Virus record (IMG/VR): IMGVR_UViG_3300035181_002344
Reading direction: 5' to 3' (one strand)
Source of the DNA: a virus
DNA: 64,000 nucleotides
Below the pieces are notes generated by a model. It was not told the DNA's origin, made no database searches, and saw nothing but the letters and a program-made list of their open reading frames with translations. Position 1 is the first letter of the stretch, and each line of letters opens with the position of its first letter. Position numbers and translations under genes: made by a program. This document shows positions 46,430-58,030 of this stretch, piece after piece.

Positions 46430-49400
46430 ATGAGTGATAAACAACCTGGCGTTTTAGAATCATTAGGCATGGTTTCTGGCCTTGCTGCTGCTGGCTATTT
46501 GGTAAAAGAAATGGCTGGTGCTCGGACAAATATAAAAGAAGGCACAGAATTATTTAAGCAAGCAAGAGAGACATCAAAAATTAAAGCCGCTCAAAAAATA
46601 GCCCAAAAGAATATGACTAAATCCATACTTCCATGGTCTGAATTGGGTTTGGACAAATTGCCTAATATGCTTAAAGGAGCGCCAGTTGCAACAACCGTTT
46701 CTAATGCAAAAGATGTAGGAAGAGAGCTTGCCCGTGTTTTTGGTAATGGCGGACTATCTGAACATATGCAATTTTTAAATGAGCTTATAGAAATATCTAA
46801 AACTTTAACATCTCATAATCGCCAGCATACATTTAAGGTGTTGCAGCATATTGGAAATAATGCTTCTGTTCAGCTTATAATGAACCATGCTGGAGGCGAT
46901 CTAAGTATTAATTTTGGCATGATATCTAAGGGCGGCCGTTATGCGAGAACAAATTATGGATTAACATATGGGGTTGCTCCCAAATTTCTTGATCCAATGA
47001 CATACCAAAAATTAATGGCTAATCAAATTAAAACAGCCGACGAATTATATTCTGGTATTCTTGATATTAATACATTTATAGCCCGAGGTGTTCACGAAGA
47101 ATTAAAACAAAATGGCGTAGGCAATAGTTTACGGCGTGCTGTGGATATGGCAGCTTTAGCAGAACAAAACGTTGTTACAGTAAGAGTGCCAAATGTCTCT
47201 AACCCAGCTTTTCAAAGGGAAGCCGCCAGAGTTATTCCTTATCAGCCTACCGAAGAGGGATTAAAATTACTCACTCCCGCACTTGATTATACAACAGTTC
47301 AGCAAATGTGGCAAAATATTGAAAACTTAGAAGGTATTGATTTAGGCAAATTATTATTTGCTCGTTCAGAAAACGAAAAAGCATTTGGTGTATTTAATGA
47401 TCCGCATTCTTCATTTATCCATTCTATGAGCAATACTTCTTTAGAATCAAATAAAGCCATGCGTCAAGCTATTGGTAAAGAAACAATGATAGGTGGTGAT
47501 TTAGCAGCGGCTGGCAGATATGGTCAATTGGAAATAGCCGGTGGAATGGGTAATATAGCATCAATTCTTACATACACAGATACTGGTGATTATTGGAGAA
47601 GCTTAGGAATGGATGAGACATTAATTGATCAGGTTCTAGAATCAGGCTTTGGTTTAGAAAAAGGCGTTGGATTTGGATTAAAAGGCCGTGAAGGTGCTAT
47701 CATTACTGAAGGATTGGCCAAAAGCGATATGATAGATATCGTAACCCATAATGTTGATTTAACTGAAGCTCTTGATAGAGATCGAGTTGCTAAGTTTGTT
47801 GAAGATATCACTGCTCAATATATTGATAAAATCGCCATACAAAATACTGACAATCAAAATGTTATTGAATATACAAAGTCATTAATGTCTAAAAAACATT
47901 CTACGGTTATTAATGCAAATAAAGTTGCCAGACAACAAAAGAAATATAGTGCTATCAAAGATGTATTAACTGATACAGAAGTTAATCAACTCGCAGAGTT
48001 ATTTGGTGTTAAAGGCGATAGACGCTCTGTTCTATCTGCTATGAAATTTAAAAATATCCGTAGAGCCCTTAATACTTGGAAGAGAACAAAAGACGTCGAG
48101 AGTATCAATAAATTTAATTCCATTGCGAGCAATATATTTTCTAAAATTACCAAATTTGATACTGGTCATAAAACAATAATTAGCTCTGTTTTAGGCTCTA
48201 TTGGTGGTTTACATCGCAAGGGCGTTCTTACAAATACAGAAACTGGTTCTATTCGTTTTGGCGAATATGGCCAAGAAACAATTAGTGACATTATTTCTGG
48301 TGGTGATGTTCCTGGATTTAGAATTGTTGGTAGAGCAAAAAATAAGCTTGGCGATTATTTTAAAACATGGTTTGCTAAAAAACAAACTGCGGCACAAATT
48401 ATTTCTAATAGCGATGCTGAAAGGTTAATGAGAAATACATTTGGACTGCAAAGATTTATTCAAACTTCTAGTAATCCAGCTAGAGCTGCAAGATTGGTTA
48501 GTGAAAGATTGAAACGCGGACATTTTAGTAAACTTCAGAAAATAGTTGATTCATTTGGCGACGAATATAATTCTTTAAATTTAGATACCAGCAAAATGAT
48601 TTTTGCATCAGAAGGATATCGCTCTAATTCTCTTGGTGTTGTATCCTCTGTTTTAGAAGAAACTCTTATTAAAGATTTCGGTCAATCTCCAGAAGAATTA
48701 GCTAAATTGTCTCCCACTGAAATACTTGATTTTGCTAAGCAGCTCTATGAAAAAAATCGCGGCAATGCAAAATATGATGTAATGCTTGGCTCTATTATAG
48801 ACGAAAACAATCCTGTATATATGCCGGGTATAGGACATAACCCATATAGCATTGGAGAAGCTGGTTCTTTAGCTGGTCTAAAAATGAACAAAAATGTGAA
48901 CTTTTCACCAGAAATGGCCGAAAAATATGCTCAGCTAGGTATGCCTTCAATTTCTGATGCCATTATTAAGAATATTAATATGGAGGAATATCAACAAATA
49001 TATGATGCTTATGCGCCATTATCTAATCCTAGCTTAATTAAAGATGCCTTAGTTATCAATCAGGATGATATTTTAGCAGATAGAGAGCTATTTAATGTAA
49101 TGTTTAATAGTGACGATCCGAGAAAAGTGAGAAATGCTTTTGTTCAAGCAGCAAAGCAATTAGGTATAAAAGCCGCAGATAACGTTTCTGATAAAACAAG
49201 ATTGCTGATTAAGCTTAGCAATGATGCTACAATACCTATCTTAGATTTTACATCTAATTCATATGTTGGTATTGTTAATCCAATTTCTGGAGAGGAAACT
49301 GGGACTCAGTTGATCAGAAAACAATTATCTACATTAACAAAAAGGGTTATTACAGCTAACCCTGGAGATGAATTCAATGCTGCTTATGATGAATTGGTTA

Positions 49401-51124
49401 CCGGCGTAGGAAAGATATTATTCGATAAAAACATATTTACTAAGCAACCAATGAAGGGTGCCATATTAGAAGCTCGTCCTGGTCTTATTTTTAATACATC
49501 ATCCTTAGAAGCAATAGAAACCAATGCTAAACGCATGAATAAAATGGGTGCATTAGCAAATGTTATGAATAAATATGGTATTACCGCGACAGAACAAGGC
49601 ATAGATTTCGAAGCCTTTAGAGGTCGCTCTCTTGGAATTATGTCAGATGCCGATTTTTTTGATTTTATTGGTGGATCTGATTTTTATCAAAATAAGTTAC
49701 GTGCAGCTGGCTTGAATCCCAAAACCTCTGGGAATAAATTAAAAAGCTTTCAAAGAAGCCTTCTTTCTGAGCTGCATAATGCAAATAAGCAATATGCTTT
49801 TGGGGGACGCCATCCAGTTGGATATGGAGCTTGGCAAATTATAGCTGGCGAATCATTACTTAGGGATGTTTATACAGATGTCTATGGGCTTGGTTTAAAG
49901 GAAGCTGAGAATTTATCACAAAATATTATTCGTAAGGGTGGTCTTTATTTATCAGAATATTTGGAAACCTTATTAACAGCCGACTATGATCGAGATCAAA
50001 TTGTAATGGCTTTGGCTAATCAGCAGATGGGTAAGGAGATAGAATCTGCCCTAACAAATGAAGAATTTATTAAAAATGTTAGTGGCAAAGGTATTAAGGT
50101 TAAAAAAGCAAGCCATGGATCTATTGCTGAATTAATGGAAAAGCTAAGTCCATCTGAAGTCGCTAGAGCACACATTGATACATTAAATGAATCTATTGCA
50201 TTCTCTGCTGGCGTTGGTCCAATATCAAATAAATTGCGCAACCTAAGGCGATCTTATGGAGACGATATAGACAGAAAAATATCATATATGATTGATGTAT
50301 TACGTGAAAGCTCTATTGGTTCTAAGGGTTTCGTTGGTAAATCTGTAGAAAATTTAGAAACATTTAAATCAATATTCGATAGAGGCATGGACGTAGACAC
50401 GAGAGCGTCAACGTTAAAAAGTATTGTTTTGCATGGAGATGAAACTAACAATGCATTATATAACATTTTCAAAGATGTGAATGATGATTTCTATAAAGAT
50501 ATTATTAAGAATTATGATGAATTTATGGGTTCTCCAGAGGGTAAAATTGCCTCGCTTCAAAATACTATCCGCTATACAGACAAGTTTACTGATAAAGAGC
50601 TTAAATATTGGACAGAATTTGCTCAAAGTATGAGCGTTAAAAGAAATATTGATGCAGAAATTGGTTCGCTTGTTGATGTTGCTAATCAATCTGCGTCTAA
50701 ACTTAGCAAAGCAAGAAATATAGCCGCAGAGGTTGGTGAAACTGGATTTACCAAGGCTATTAAATCAAAGCCATTTTTGTTGCTTGCAGGAGGAGCTATC
50801 ACTTTAGCAATGTTAAAACCTGCGGATAATTCAATTAAACATCAAGATATACGCTCTGAATCTAAAATAAAAAAAGCACCAACTGCTGCCGAACCAATTG
50901 ATCCTCAAACTGGTATGGTCTATAAGCCTCAGCCACAAGCATATAATTTTCAAGTGAGAGGCAAAACTCCTCGTAATACAAGTATAGAGCAAATACGTAA
51001 CGATATTAATGGTTTTGGTATTCCTTTTGGTGGCACAGTGGTTAATAGAAGTCCTGGCGCTGACGCCTCTTATGTGCGTCAATTGCAAGAAACAAACGAT
51101 TCTTTAATGTGGAATAATGTATAA
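46430..51124 (+). CDS. large virion protein, candidate virion-packaged two-barrel RNA polymerase
   Basis: 1564 aa; GGRHPV (49808), then GGLYLSEYLETLLTADYDRDQIVM (DxDxD at 49982), resembling beta' RQP...NADFDGDQM. Confidence 0.55.
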   Translation: MSDKQPGVLESLGMVSGLAAAGYLVKEMAGARTNIKEGTELFKQARETSKIKAAQKIAQKNMTKSILPWSELGLDKLPNMLKGAPVATTVSNAKDVGRELARVFGNGGLSEHMQFLNELIEISKTLTSHNRQHTFKVLQHIGNNASVQLIMNHAGGDLSINFGMISKGGRYARTNYGLTYGVAPKFLDPMTYQKLMANQIKTADELYSGILDINTFIARGVHEELKQNGVGNSLRRAVDMAALAEQNVVTVRVPNVSNPAFQREAARVIPYQPTEEGLKLLTPALDYTTVQQMWQNIENLEGIDLGKLLFARSENEKAFGVFNDPHSSFIHSMSNTSLESNKAMRQAIGKETMIGGDLAAAGRYGQLEIAGGMGNIASILTYTDTGDYWRSLGMDETLIDQVLESGFGLEKGVGFGLKGREGAIITEGLAKSDMIDIVTHNVDLTEALDRDRVAKFVEDITAQYIDKIAIQNTDNQNVIEYTKSLMSKKHSTVINANKVARQQKKYSAIKDVLTDTEVNQLAELFGVKGDRRSVLSAMKFKNIRRALNTWKRTKDVESINKFNSIASNIFSKITKFDTGHKTIISSVLGSIGGLHRKGVLTNTETGSIRFGEYGQETISDIISGGDVPGFRIVGRAKNKLGDYFKTWFAKKQTAAQIISNSDAERLMRNTFGLQRFIQTSSNPARAARLVSERLKRGHFSKLQKIVDSFGDEYNSLNLDTSKMIFASEGYRSNSLGVVSSVLEETLIKDFGQSPEELAKLSPTEILDFAKQLYEKNRGNAKYDVMLGSIIDENNPVYMPGIGHNPYSIGEAGSLAGLKMNKNVNFSPEMAEKYAQLGMPSISDAIIKNINMEEYQQIYDAYAPLSNPSLIKDALVINQDDILADRELFNVMFNSDDPRKVRNAFVQAAKQLGIKAADNVSDKTRLLIKLSNDATIPILDFTSNSYVGIVNPISGEETGTQLIRKQLSTLTKRVITANPGDEFNAAYDELVTGVGKILFDKNIFTKQPMKGAILEARPGLIFNTSSLEAIETNAKRMNKMGALANVMNKYGITATEQGIDFEAFRGRSLGIMSDADFFDFIGGSDFYQNKLRAAGLNPKTSGNKLKSFQRSLLSELHNANKQYAFGGRHPVGYGAWQIIAGESLLRDVYTDVYGLGLKEAENLSQNIIRKGGLYLSEYLETLLTADYDRDQIVMALANQQMGKEIESALTNEEFIKNVSGKGIKVKKASHGSIAELMEKLSPSEVARAHIDTLNESIAFSAGVGPISNKLRNLRRSYGDDIDRKISYMIDVLRESSIGSKGFVGKSVENLETFKSIFDRGMDVDTRASTLKSIVLHGDETNNALYNIFKDVNDDFYKDIIKNYDEFMGSPEGKIASLQNTIRYTDKFTDKELKYWTEFAQSMSVKRNIDAEIGSLVDVANQSASKLSKARNIAAEVGETGFTKAIKSKPFLLLAGGAITLAMLKPADNSIKHQDIRSESKIKKAPTAAEPIDPQTGMVYKPQPQAYNFQVRGKTPRNTSIEQIRNDINGFGIPFGGTVVNRSPGADASYVRQLQETNDSLMWNNV

Positions 51125-51133
51125 AGGTATAAA

Positions 51134-54100
51134 ATGGCAGATAATCAAGAACATATCTATAAAACATTAGAACAACAGGAAAAAGATTATTTTAACGAAA
51201 TCCACGCATATCTCTTTGGGATTAATCGTTCTGTTGATTTAAATAAATGGCCTAATTTTCTAAATACAGAAAGCTATATATATAAATATCGTGATTATAA
51301 TCAGCGTCTAATGCAAAAAATTAAAGATCAGCCTGGCGAGTTTATGATTAATGATATTTATCTTACAATTCCACCAGAAGCTATTAGTGTCGAGATTAGA
51401 AATAATACCATTGATATACCAATTTTACGTACATCGTCAAGCGTTAAATTAAATACAGGACATGGTGCTATTCAAGTTAGTATTTCTGCTGTTTTTACAG
51501 ATAATGAATTGCTTGGGGTTACGCTAGAAGAAGAATTAAAATATAAGCTTGTTCCACTTCTTACGCAAATGAATGTGATACCATTCGTGCATGTGAGAAA
51601 TAAATTTCTCAGAGAAAAAATCATTACCAATTATGCATCTATAATTAATAATGGTACTAAAGAAGTTATCAAAGAAGATAATACTTCTGGAGAAATATTA
51701 TTAACTTATGTCAGTCATTCAATAGCCACAGATCCAGAATTGCCACGTACTATAAGAGTGGAATTTAGCTTTCTTGTATTTAATTATCGTCCTTATATAT
51801 TGGATGTTGCTTATCCATATTATTATCAATTCACCGACAAAAAATCACTTGATACATTATATAGATTAAATGATAAACTATTAACTTTAGCAACTGTAAA
51901 AACTCCAGATTTATCTCTCCCCTTTTATGAATTTTATGCTCGAGAGTTTAAAAAACTTCAAGAAAATGGCGTGCTATTTTATGAGCATGATGAATTTTTA
52001 ACTACTAAAGCCGAATTGGGCGGCTATGATGATGATATAATGCAGATAGGTTTTTATCAGTATATCGAAGTTCCAAACCATTTATTAGACCCATCAATGC
52101 TCGATAAAGTTAAATCAATGGAAAAAAGCACTACATATGCTACTGTAGAAGATGAATATGGAGCGTTTATATCACGAGCTGGATTAAAACCATGGCAACG
52201 AGTTATGGCTGCCGATTCTGAGATTACTAGCCATTTTAAGGCTGCACATAATCGTACTTCTCCGCATAAAGGTGTTGATTTAAAACCGAAAGGTTCCACT
52301 TCTTCTACACCAAAGATATTGGCTGCTCATGGTGGAAAAGTTACAATGGGCTATCAACCACCAATTAATGACAAAAATGGGCCGCAACATGGTGGTGGTC
52401 ACTATATTTTTATTACAGATTCTGGGGCGGGTATCACAACTAAGTATCTGCATTTATCTCAGCAATTAGTGAAAAATGGTGATATTGTTAAGCCAGGACA
52501 AGTTATTGGTATAATGGGAAATTCTGGTTCTAATCCTGCACGCGGTACAATGGGAGCACATCTTGATTTTAGAATTATTGTTCCTGAAGGCGTTGCTAAG
52601 AACTTTGGGGATTATATTAAAAGCGGTAACGATTATTATGTAAATCCAGAAACATTTGATATTGAAAGGTATATTAATAATCATGATAATAAAGCGACGC
52701 CAGTTAATATTCCTAATAGACAAGAACTTAAAGACGTCGCTAATCAAAAGAAAGTTAATATTATTAAAGATCCTAATAAAGTATTATCGAACAAAGTAGC
52801 GCCACAAAGCAAAACAGAACTAAAGGCATATGAACAAGCAATTCTTGATTATATAAATACTCTGATTAAAAAAAATATCCATATCGAATATGTGCCAAGA
52901 GTTGGAGTCGATAATATTTCATATATACGTATACCAAGAATGGTCAGTATTAGACGCACCACGGGATTCACATTAACAGATATACAATATCTTGGCTATC
53001 ATCAACCAGCTATCGTTCCAATTGCAGGACATCGTCTTGCTACCCATCAATATATGGGCGGGCGTGTAAAACGTATGGCTTTAACGTTTATTGTTAGCGA
53101 AAATTATGGAGATTTTGAGTTACAAAAGCTACTTTCTGTTATTAATATATCAAATTATAATGCTATTCGCTTTAAGGAAATTGCTGCTTATGATGGGATT
53201 GAAATAAATCAGCCATTTATTAATACGATTTGTGGTGGTAAAAATTTTGTCATCGACAATATTAATATCACAACACATCCCGACATACCAGAAGGATCTA
53301 TTGTCACTATATCATTAACGGATTTTACTGGTGCTAAAGAAGTTGCACAGCGTGTGTTCGATATGGAACAATTGGCTCCGAACATGGATGTTACCGATTA
53401 TTATAAAACGCTTGCCAAAGAAATATTTTCTAAGGTTAAGCCAACCATAGAAGTGAATCCTAAAAAAGCAAAAAGTGAGTTTGTTGAAGGAGTGCTAGCT
53501 GGAATTGTGTATTCGCAAACAAATGATGTAGGTGCGATATCAAATTTATCTAAGCCATATAATAATTTCGAAAGTATTTATCTAGTTCCACAGAATCTAC
53601 AGCAATTTAACGATAATCCACAGCTAAAACAGCAAATTACAGAGCTGTTCGAGACCATTAATGAAGATTTGTCTAAATCGTGGCTTCAAAAGGTATTTAA
53701 TCTTTTTGCAAATAATGATGCAGAAAATCGTAATCCATTATCTGATGATTATGAAATATTTGAATATTTGACTATTGGTAAAAGTGTTAAAAATGCCGCT
53801 GATAGAACTTTAATCAAAAGCTTATTTTTTCCTAATAATAAAACTGGCGACAATAGTTTAACAAATAGTATAAACAAATGGCTCGACAAGCATTCTCATT
53901 ATGCATCTAATTCTAAAGATAGAAAACGCCAAAATTACTTTCCGAAAACAGCCGAAAAATATTCAGATGATGTTAAAAATTATTCTGCAAAAATATTATG
54001 GCCAGCATATATAGATTTTAATCTTCCGCCGACAATTAATCCAGATTATTATTTTTATCAGCCAACTAAGAATGCTCTTATTGACCCTAAAGAAAAGCGT

Positions 54101-56755
54101 ATTACAGAAAATGCTTTAGCCGCAACGATGAAAAAACATGATGCTTATATTAATTATTTTCGATCGCCATCTGAAAATGAAGCTATCCCTGTTGTTAAAG
54201 ATATGGAAACTTTATTATCAACGACAGATGATATATCTTTGGCCATTAATAAAAAGTCTCCTGTTACTTTTCAAGATATAGGCCTATCTGGTATGGGCTT
54301 ACAAGCTAGTAACTTACATTCTAGTAAGATCATTCTTGATTACAATGTCAATGAAACAGATAAAGACAACCCAATTAAACTTGAAGTTAATGTTAGCGAA
54401 CGCAACGAAGATAAAAGAGACCCTGATTATGAAAGGGTTGGAGAATTATATTTCTTCGATCATATAGAGTATACCAAGCATTTTTTATTCGATATAGATA
54501 ATACAGTTATTTCCGAAACGTCAGATTTTATATATGCTTTCCCCGTCTATAAAATATATTTTATTGAGGAGGACGATCAGGAATTTATGTATCCTTTTAG
54601 AATGCAAGATTTTAATGACCTTTTTGGTATAAATGCAGTACAAGAAATAAGATATGCTGAGATTAAAGATCAGCCAGCAGATTTACTTACTGTACGTTTC
54701 GTAGATATGACTGGTAAATTTACCTCTATTCGCTATAAACACTATGGGCATATAGAGGGTTCTAAGAAAAGCAGTACCATTGATTTTAATGTAGAAAATA
54801 ATATCAAAGGTCTCGTACTTAAAGAAGGAACTCGTGTGCAGTTTAGAGTTGGATATTCTAATAATATTAATAAATTGCCAATTCGTTTTAATGGATATAT
54901 AGTTTCTATTGGTGGCGAAGAAAATGAATTTGAAATGATGTGCCAGTCCTATGGTGCAGAATTAGTTCATGCTATTAAAGCTCCAAGCGAAGTAACACAA
55001 ATAGCTACATTTAATGCGGATACACATGATATTCTGCAATGGTGTATATCTCAGCCTGAGGTTAAGCATTTTGGTAGATGGAAAATGAATAATACGAGTA
55101 ATTTGACATTTTCGGATTCCACAAAAGGTACCAATTGGTTTAGATATAAAAGAATGGATCCAATGGGTCATGAATCAACATCATGGACATGGACAAAAGA
55201 TGAAGGAGAATTAAATTTTCTCTGTCCAGTCGAGAGTGATTTGCAAGGATTTAAAAACCTGCTTATTAATTTAAAGGCTGGCGGCCCACTTGCTGTATGG
55301 AAGGCTGTTTTTACATCTGTAAGTATGATTCCTGGAGCTGGTTCCTTGGCGAAAAAGTTTCTTGATTTCATAGGCGTTGGATACAGCTTTGGAAGTTTAA
55401 CAGATCTCTTATGGAGTAGATATTGGATAAAAAATACAACCGTATGGCAAATAGTTGATGAATTAACTTATCGTTATCCTGAATATATAGCCAAAGTTTT
55501 TCCTTATGATGACCGTGTAACATTATATTATGGCCCACGCCATGGTCTTTATTTTGCTACTCAATGGAATATTGGACAACTTGAAGATATTCAAGAAGCA
55601 AAGAATAAGCTAAATCAACTGCAAAATGATATCGACTGGAATAAAAAACAACTTGAGTCATACAAAGATACAGATATACAAAAAGCTTATACGTATGAAA
55701 ATTGGCTGGAAAAAGAATATCAGACAACTTACAAAACAAATGCCGTTATAGATGATTTAAGAAATAAGCTTAAAAAACCCACAACACACTATCATTTATT
55801 TGATTCTAATTCTAATTTGATTAGTAACCAAATAAAAGCAGATATTAAAGATGTATATACTGAAATTATGCTTGGTTATGGCACTGCAGATAATGATAAT
55901 GCTAAAAAAATGGCCAATGGCGAGATAGTAGAACCCTCCACAATAAATATGAGATTAAATAGCTATCTGCAACTAGAAGATATTAAAACAAAATATGTAC
56001 AATTTCCGAATGCTTCAAATATAGAAAATGCTTATATATATGGAACTAAAGTTCTTTTTCAGGAAGCCGAGAAACTCTATAAGGGTACAATTTCTGTTCT
56101 TGGCAATCCAGATGTTACTACTTTTGATAATGCATATGTAATTGATGATGCAACACAAACATATGGTCCTATTCGCGTAAGATCTCATGTCCTAAGCATT
56201 GCACCTGGTGAGGGTATGATATCAACCATTGAACCGGATATGCGTGTAAATTATAATCAGCTTAGTTTAATGTCAGTTCAAGATTATTCAGATTATGTTT
56301 GTAGCGCTAAAAGTGGCTTGCAAAGAATGAAATCTGGAGATTTTAATTGGATGAACTTGGGAATGGACGAATATGATCATGTAGCTATGAATGACTTTTT
56401 AAATGGCCGAACGTTACTTCCATCAGTTGGAGCTATTACTACAGGGATTGGTGCTGCCGTAGCTCTTGCAACTGGGGCGATTAGTGCAACCACTGGTTTT
56501 GTTGTACTTCCTGCTTTCTATTTGTTACTCGCCCAGATTTCTTATAAAGCTGTTTTAGCCGATAGCCACAGAGACCCGATTTATGTATCTCCATTAGTTC
56601 GCAGGGGAGCGCCATATTTATATGGACTTTCTACTTATAAAGTTGGCGGTTATGTGCAATGGACAAAAGATACGTGGGCTCAGGATATGAAGGATATTGG
56701 TGCGGCTGTCGAAATTCTAAGGGATTCAATTAGTACATTATTTGGCGAAAATTAA
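51134..56755 (+). CDS. baseplate hub-like virion protein with M23 peptidase domain
   Basis: HKGVD, GGHYIFI, YLHL, IGIMGNSG, HLDF (M23); GTRVQFRVGY...FNGYI hub-like region. Confidence 0.75.
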   Translation: MADNQEHIYKTLEQQEKDYFNEIHAYLFGINRSVDLNKWPNFLNTESYIYKYRDYNQRLMQKIKDQPGEFMINDIYLTIPPEAISVEIRNNTIDIPILRTSSSVKLNTGHGAIQVSISAVFTDNELLGVTLEEELKYKLVPLLTQMNVIPFVHVRNKFLREKIITNYASIINNGTKEVIKEDNTSGEILLTYVSHSIATDPELPRTIRVEFSFLVFNYRPYILDVAYPYYYQFTDKKSLDTLYRLNDKLLTLATVKTPDLSLPFYEFYAREFKKLQENGVLFYEHDEFLTTKAELGGYDDDIMQIGFYQYIEVPNHLLDPSMLDKVKSMEKSTTYATVEDEYGAFISRAGLKPWQRVMAADSEITSHFKAAHNRTSPHKGVDLKPKGSTSSTPKILAAHGGKVTMGYQPPINDKNGPQHGGGHYIFITDSGAGITTKYLHLSQQLVKNGDIVKPGQVIGIMGNSGSNPARGTMGAHLDFRIIVPEGVAKNFGDYIKSGNDYYVNPETFDIERYINNHDNKATPVNIPNRQELKDVANQKKVNIIKDPNKVLSNKVAPQSKTELKAYEQAILDYINTLIKKNIHIEYVPRVGVDNISYIRIPRMVSIRRTTGFTLTDIQYLGYHQPAIVPIAGHRLATHQYMGGRVKRMALTFIVSENYGDFELQKLLSVINISNYNAIRFKEIAAYDGIEINQPFINTICGGKNFVIDNINITTHPDIPEGSIVTISLTDFTGAKEVAQRVFDMEQLAPNMDVTDYYKTLAKEIFSKVKPTIEVNPKKAKSEFVEGVLAGIVYSQTNDVGAISNLSKPYNNFESIYLVPQNLQQFNDNPQLKQQITELFETINEDLSKSWLQKVFNLFANNDAENRNPLSDDYEIFEYLTIGKSVKNAADRTLIKSLFFPNNKTGDNSLTNSINKWLDKHSHYASNSKDRKRQNYFPKTAEKYSDDVKNYSAKILWPAYIDFNLPPTINPDYYFYQPTKNALIDPKEKRITENALAATMKKHDAYINYFRSPSENEAIPVVKDMETLLSTTDDISLAINKKSPVTFQDIGLSGMGLQASNLHSSKIILDYNVNETDKDNPIKLEVNVSERNEDKRDPDYERVGELYFFDHIEYTKHFLFDIDNTVISETSDFIYAFPVYKIYFIEEDDQEFMYPFRMQDFNDLFGINAVQEIRYAEIKDQPADLLTVRFVDMTGKFTSIRYKHYGHIEGSKKSSTIDFNVENNIKGLVLKEGTRVQFRVGYSNNINKLPIRFNGYIVSIGGEENEFEMMCQSYGAELVHAIKAPSEVTQIATFNADTHDILQWCISQPEVKHFGRWKMNNTSNLTFSDSTKGTNWFRYKRMDPMGHESTSWTWTKDEGELNFLCPVESDLQGFKNLLINLKAGGPLAVWKAVFTSVSMIPGAGSLAKKFLDFIGVGYSFGSLTDLLWSRYWIKNTTVWQIVDELTYRYPEYIAKVFPYDDRVTLYYGPRHGLYFATQWNIGQLEDIQEAKNKLNQLQNDIDWNKKQLESYKDTDIQKAYTYENWLEKEYQTTYKTNAVIDDLRNKLKKPTTHYHLFDSNSNLISNQIKADIKDVYTEIMLGYGTADNDNAKKMANGEIVEPSTINMRLNSYLQLEDIKTKYVQFPNASNIENAYIYGTKVLFQEAEKLYKGTISVLGNPDVTTFDNAYVIDDATQTYGPIRVRSHVLSIAPGEGMISTIEPDMRVNYNQLSLMSVQDYSDYVCSAKSGLQRMKSGDFNWMNLGMDEYDHVAMNDFLNGRTLLPSVGAITTGIGAAVALATGAISATTGFVVLPAFYLLLAQISYKAVLADSHRDPIYVSPLVRRGAPYLYGLSTYKVGGYVQWTKDTWAQDMKDIGAAVEILRDSISTLFGEN

Positions 56756-56760
56756 TATCT

Positions 56761-56812
56761 AATCGATTTTATTAATTATGACCTTGATTTGCAAAACATG
56801 TTTCTTTTAATT
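56761..56812 (+). promoter_or_regulatory. candidate phage promoter
   Basis: AATCGATTTT-N13-TTGATT-N18-TAATT, intergenic. Confidence 0.6.
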
Positions 56813-56835
56813 GATATGAGAAAAATTGGATAATT

Positions 56836-57054
56836 ATGATCAAAGAAAAAGGTATATGGATTCCTGTGGCAATAGAAGCCGAAAGAATGGCTGCCGATGG
56901 CATACCAAAAATTGACCAAATATTTAAGGTTTCATATTCTGTTAATCCATTACAAGACCCTGTTGCAGTTCCTGTCGATACTGCGATTGGAGGAAAAAAG
57001 GTATTTAAAGCCGAAAAACGTCATGGAATTCGTAATTTTATGAGCGCTGTATGA
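56836..57054 (+). CDS. hypothetical protein
   Basis: ORF track; downstream of the promoter motif. Confidence 0.55.
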   Translation: MIKEKGIWIPVAIEAERMAADGIPKIDQIFKVSYSVNPLQDPVAVPVDTAIGGKKVFKAEKRHGIRNFMSAV

Positions 57055-57554
57055 AGAAAAGTTTGCCATTAGAAAATAAAGAAATCTATATACGCATTAC
57101 AGATGTAAAGGTCGATGGCACAGATGGACGTGTTTATGTAAAAGGAAAATTACCAAATGACGCTTATTATGGAGGCGTCTTTGATAATATTGAGGATAAG
57201 AAACAAAATACAATTCCACCGCAAAAACTAGCATATAAAGTTATTAAATATTCTGCTGAGTCAGAAGCTGGTGTGCAAGTAAAATTTAACGAAGTTATTA
57301 TGATGGGAGGGCCAGAATATGCTTTTGTCACTAATAAAAACTTTGGAAATTTTGTTGTTGGTCCTGTAACATTTTCTGCGCTTCCAAATAAAATAAGAAT
57401 CGGCGGAATATTTACTCTTAATCCTCTTTTAATGTCTATGGTGCCTTCTACCATTGTAACACCAATGCCAACATTACTTCTAGATATACCAGGTGTTGGT
57501 TATCTAAAAGGGCTTAAAAACATACTTACAGATTTAAGTGGAGCTTTAATATAA
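57051..57554 (+). CDS. hypothetical baseplate-region protein
   Basis: ORF track; translationally coupled to its neighbours. Confidence 0.55.
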   Translation: MKKSLPLENKEIYIRITDVKVDGTDGRVYVKGKLPNDAYYGGVFDNIEDKKQNTIPPQKLAYKVIKYSAESEAGVQVKFNEVIMMGGPEYAFVTNKNFGNFVVGPVTFSALPNKIRIGGIFTLNPLLMSMVPSTIVTPMPTLLLDIPGVGYLKGLKNILTDLSGALI

Positions 57555-58030
57555 TGCGTAAACAAATTGATCTCGCAGAATCATATGAAGGAGATTTAAT
57601 TATAGAAGCTGGCGATTTAAAAGATACTTCTGCTGATCCAGCAAGAACATATTATCAGATAATTCGCACGCTACTTATGAGTCTCCCTGGAGAAAATAAG
57701 ATATATCCAAGCCTTGGTATTGATTTAAGCCCATATGTTGGTTCTGCAAATAATCGACATGTTGGAATGGATATAGCAAAGGTTATAAAAGATAAAATAT
57801 CAGAAGTAACAAATTTATTTTCTGGCGAAATAGATATTACCCCTTATCCAATAGGAATAAATTCAATAGCTTTTCGTATTCGCTTACTTACTGTTGATTC
57901 CAACGAAAAAGGTATTACTGTTGTTTATGACAGCAAAGATAATTTAGTTAATTCATTATATTGGGCAAGCAGGGACGTTAAACCAACGACTATTATAACA
58001 ACTGCCTCCCCAGTTACAATAGGAGCTTAA
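57554..58030 (+). CDS. baseplate wedge gp25-like protein
   Basis: GDLII..GDL...QII...L.S.PGE...YPSLG. Confidence 0.7.
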   Translation: MRKQIDLAESYEGDLIIEAGDLKDTSADPARTYYQIIRTLLMSLPGENKIYPSLGIDLSPYVGSANNRHVGMDIAKVIKDKISEVTNLFSGEIDITPYPIGINSIAFRIRLLTVDSNEKGITVVYDSKDNLVNSLYWASRDVKPTTIITTASPVTIGA

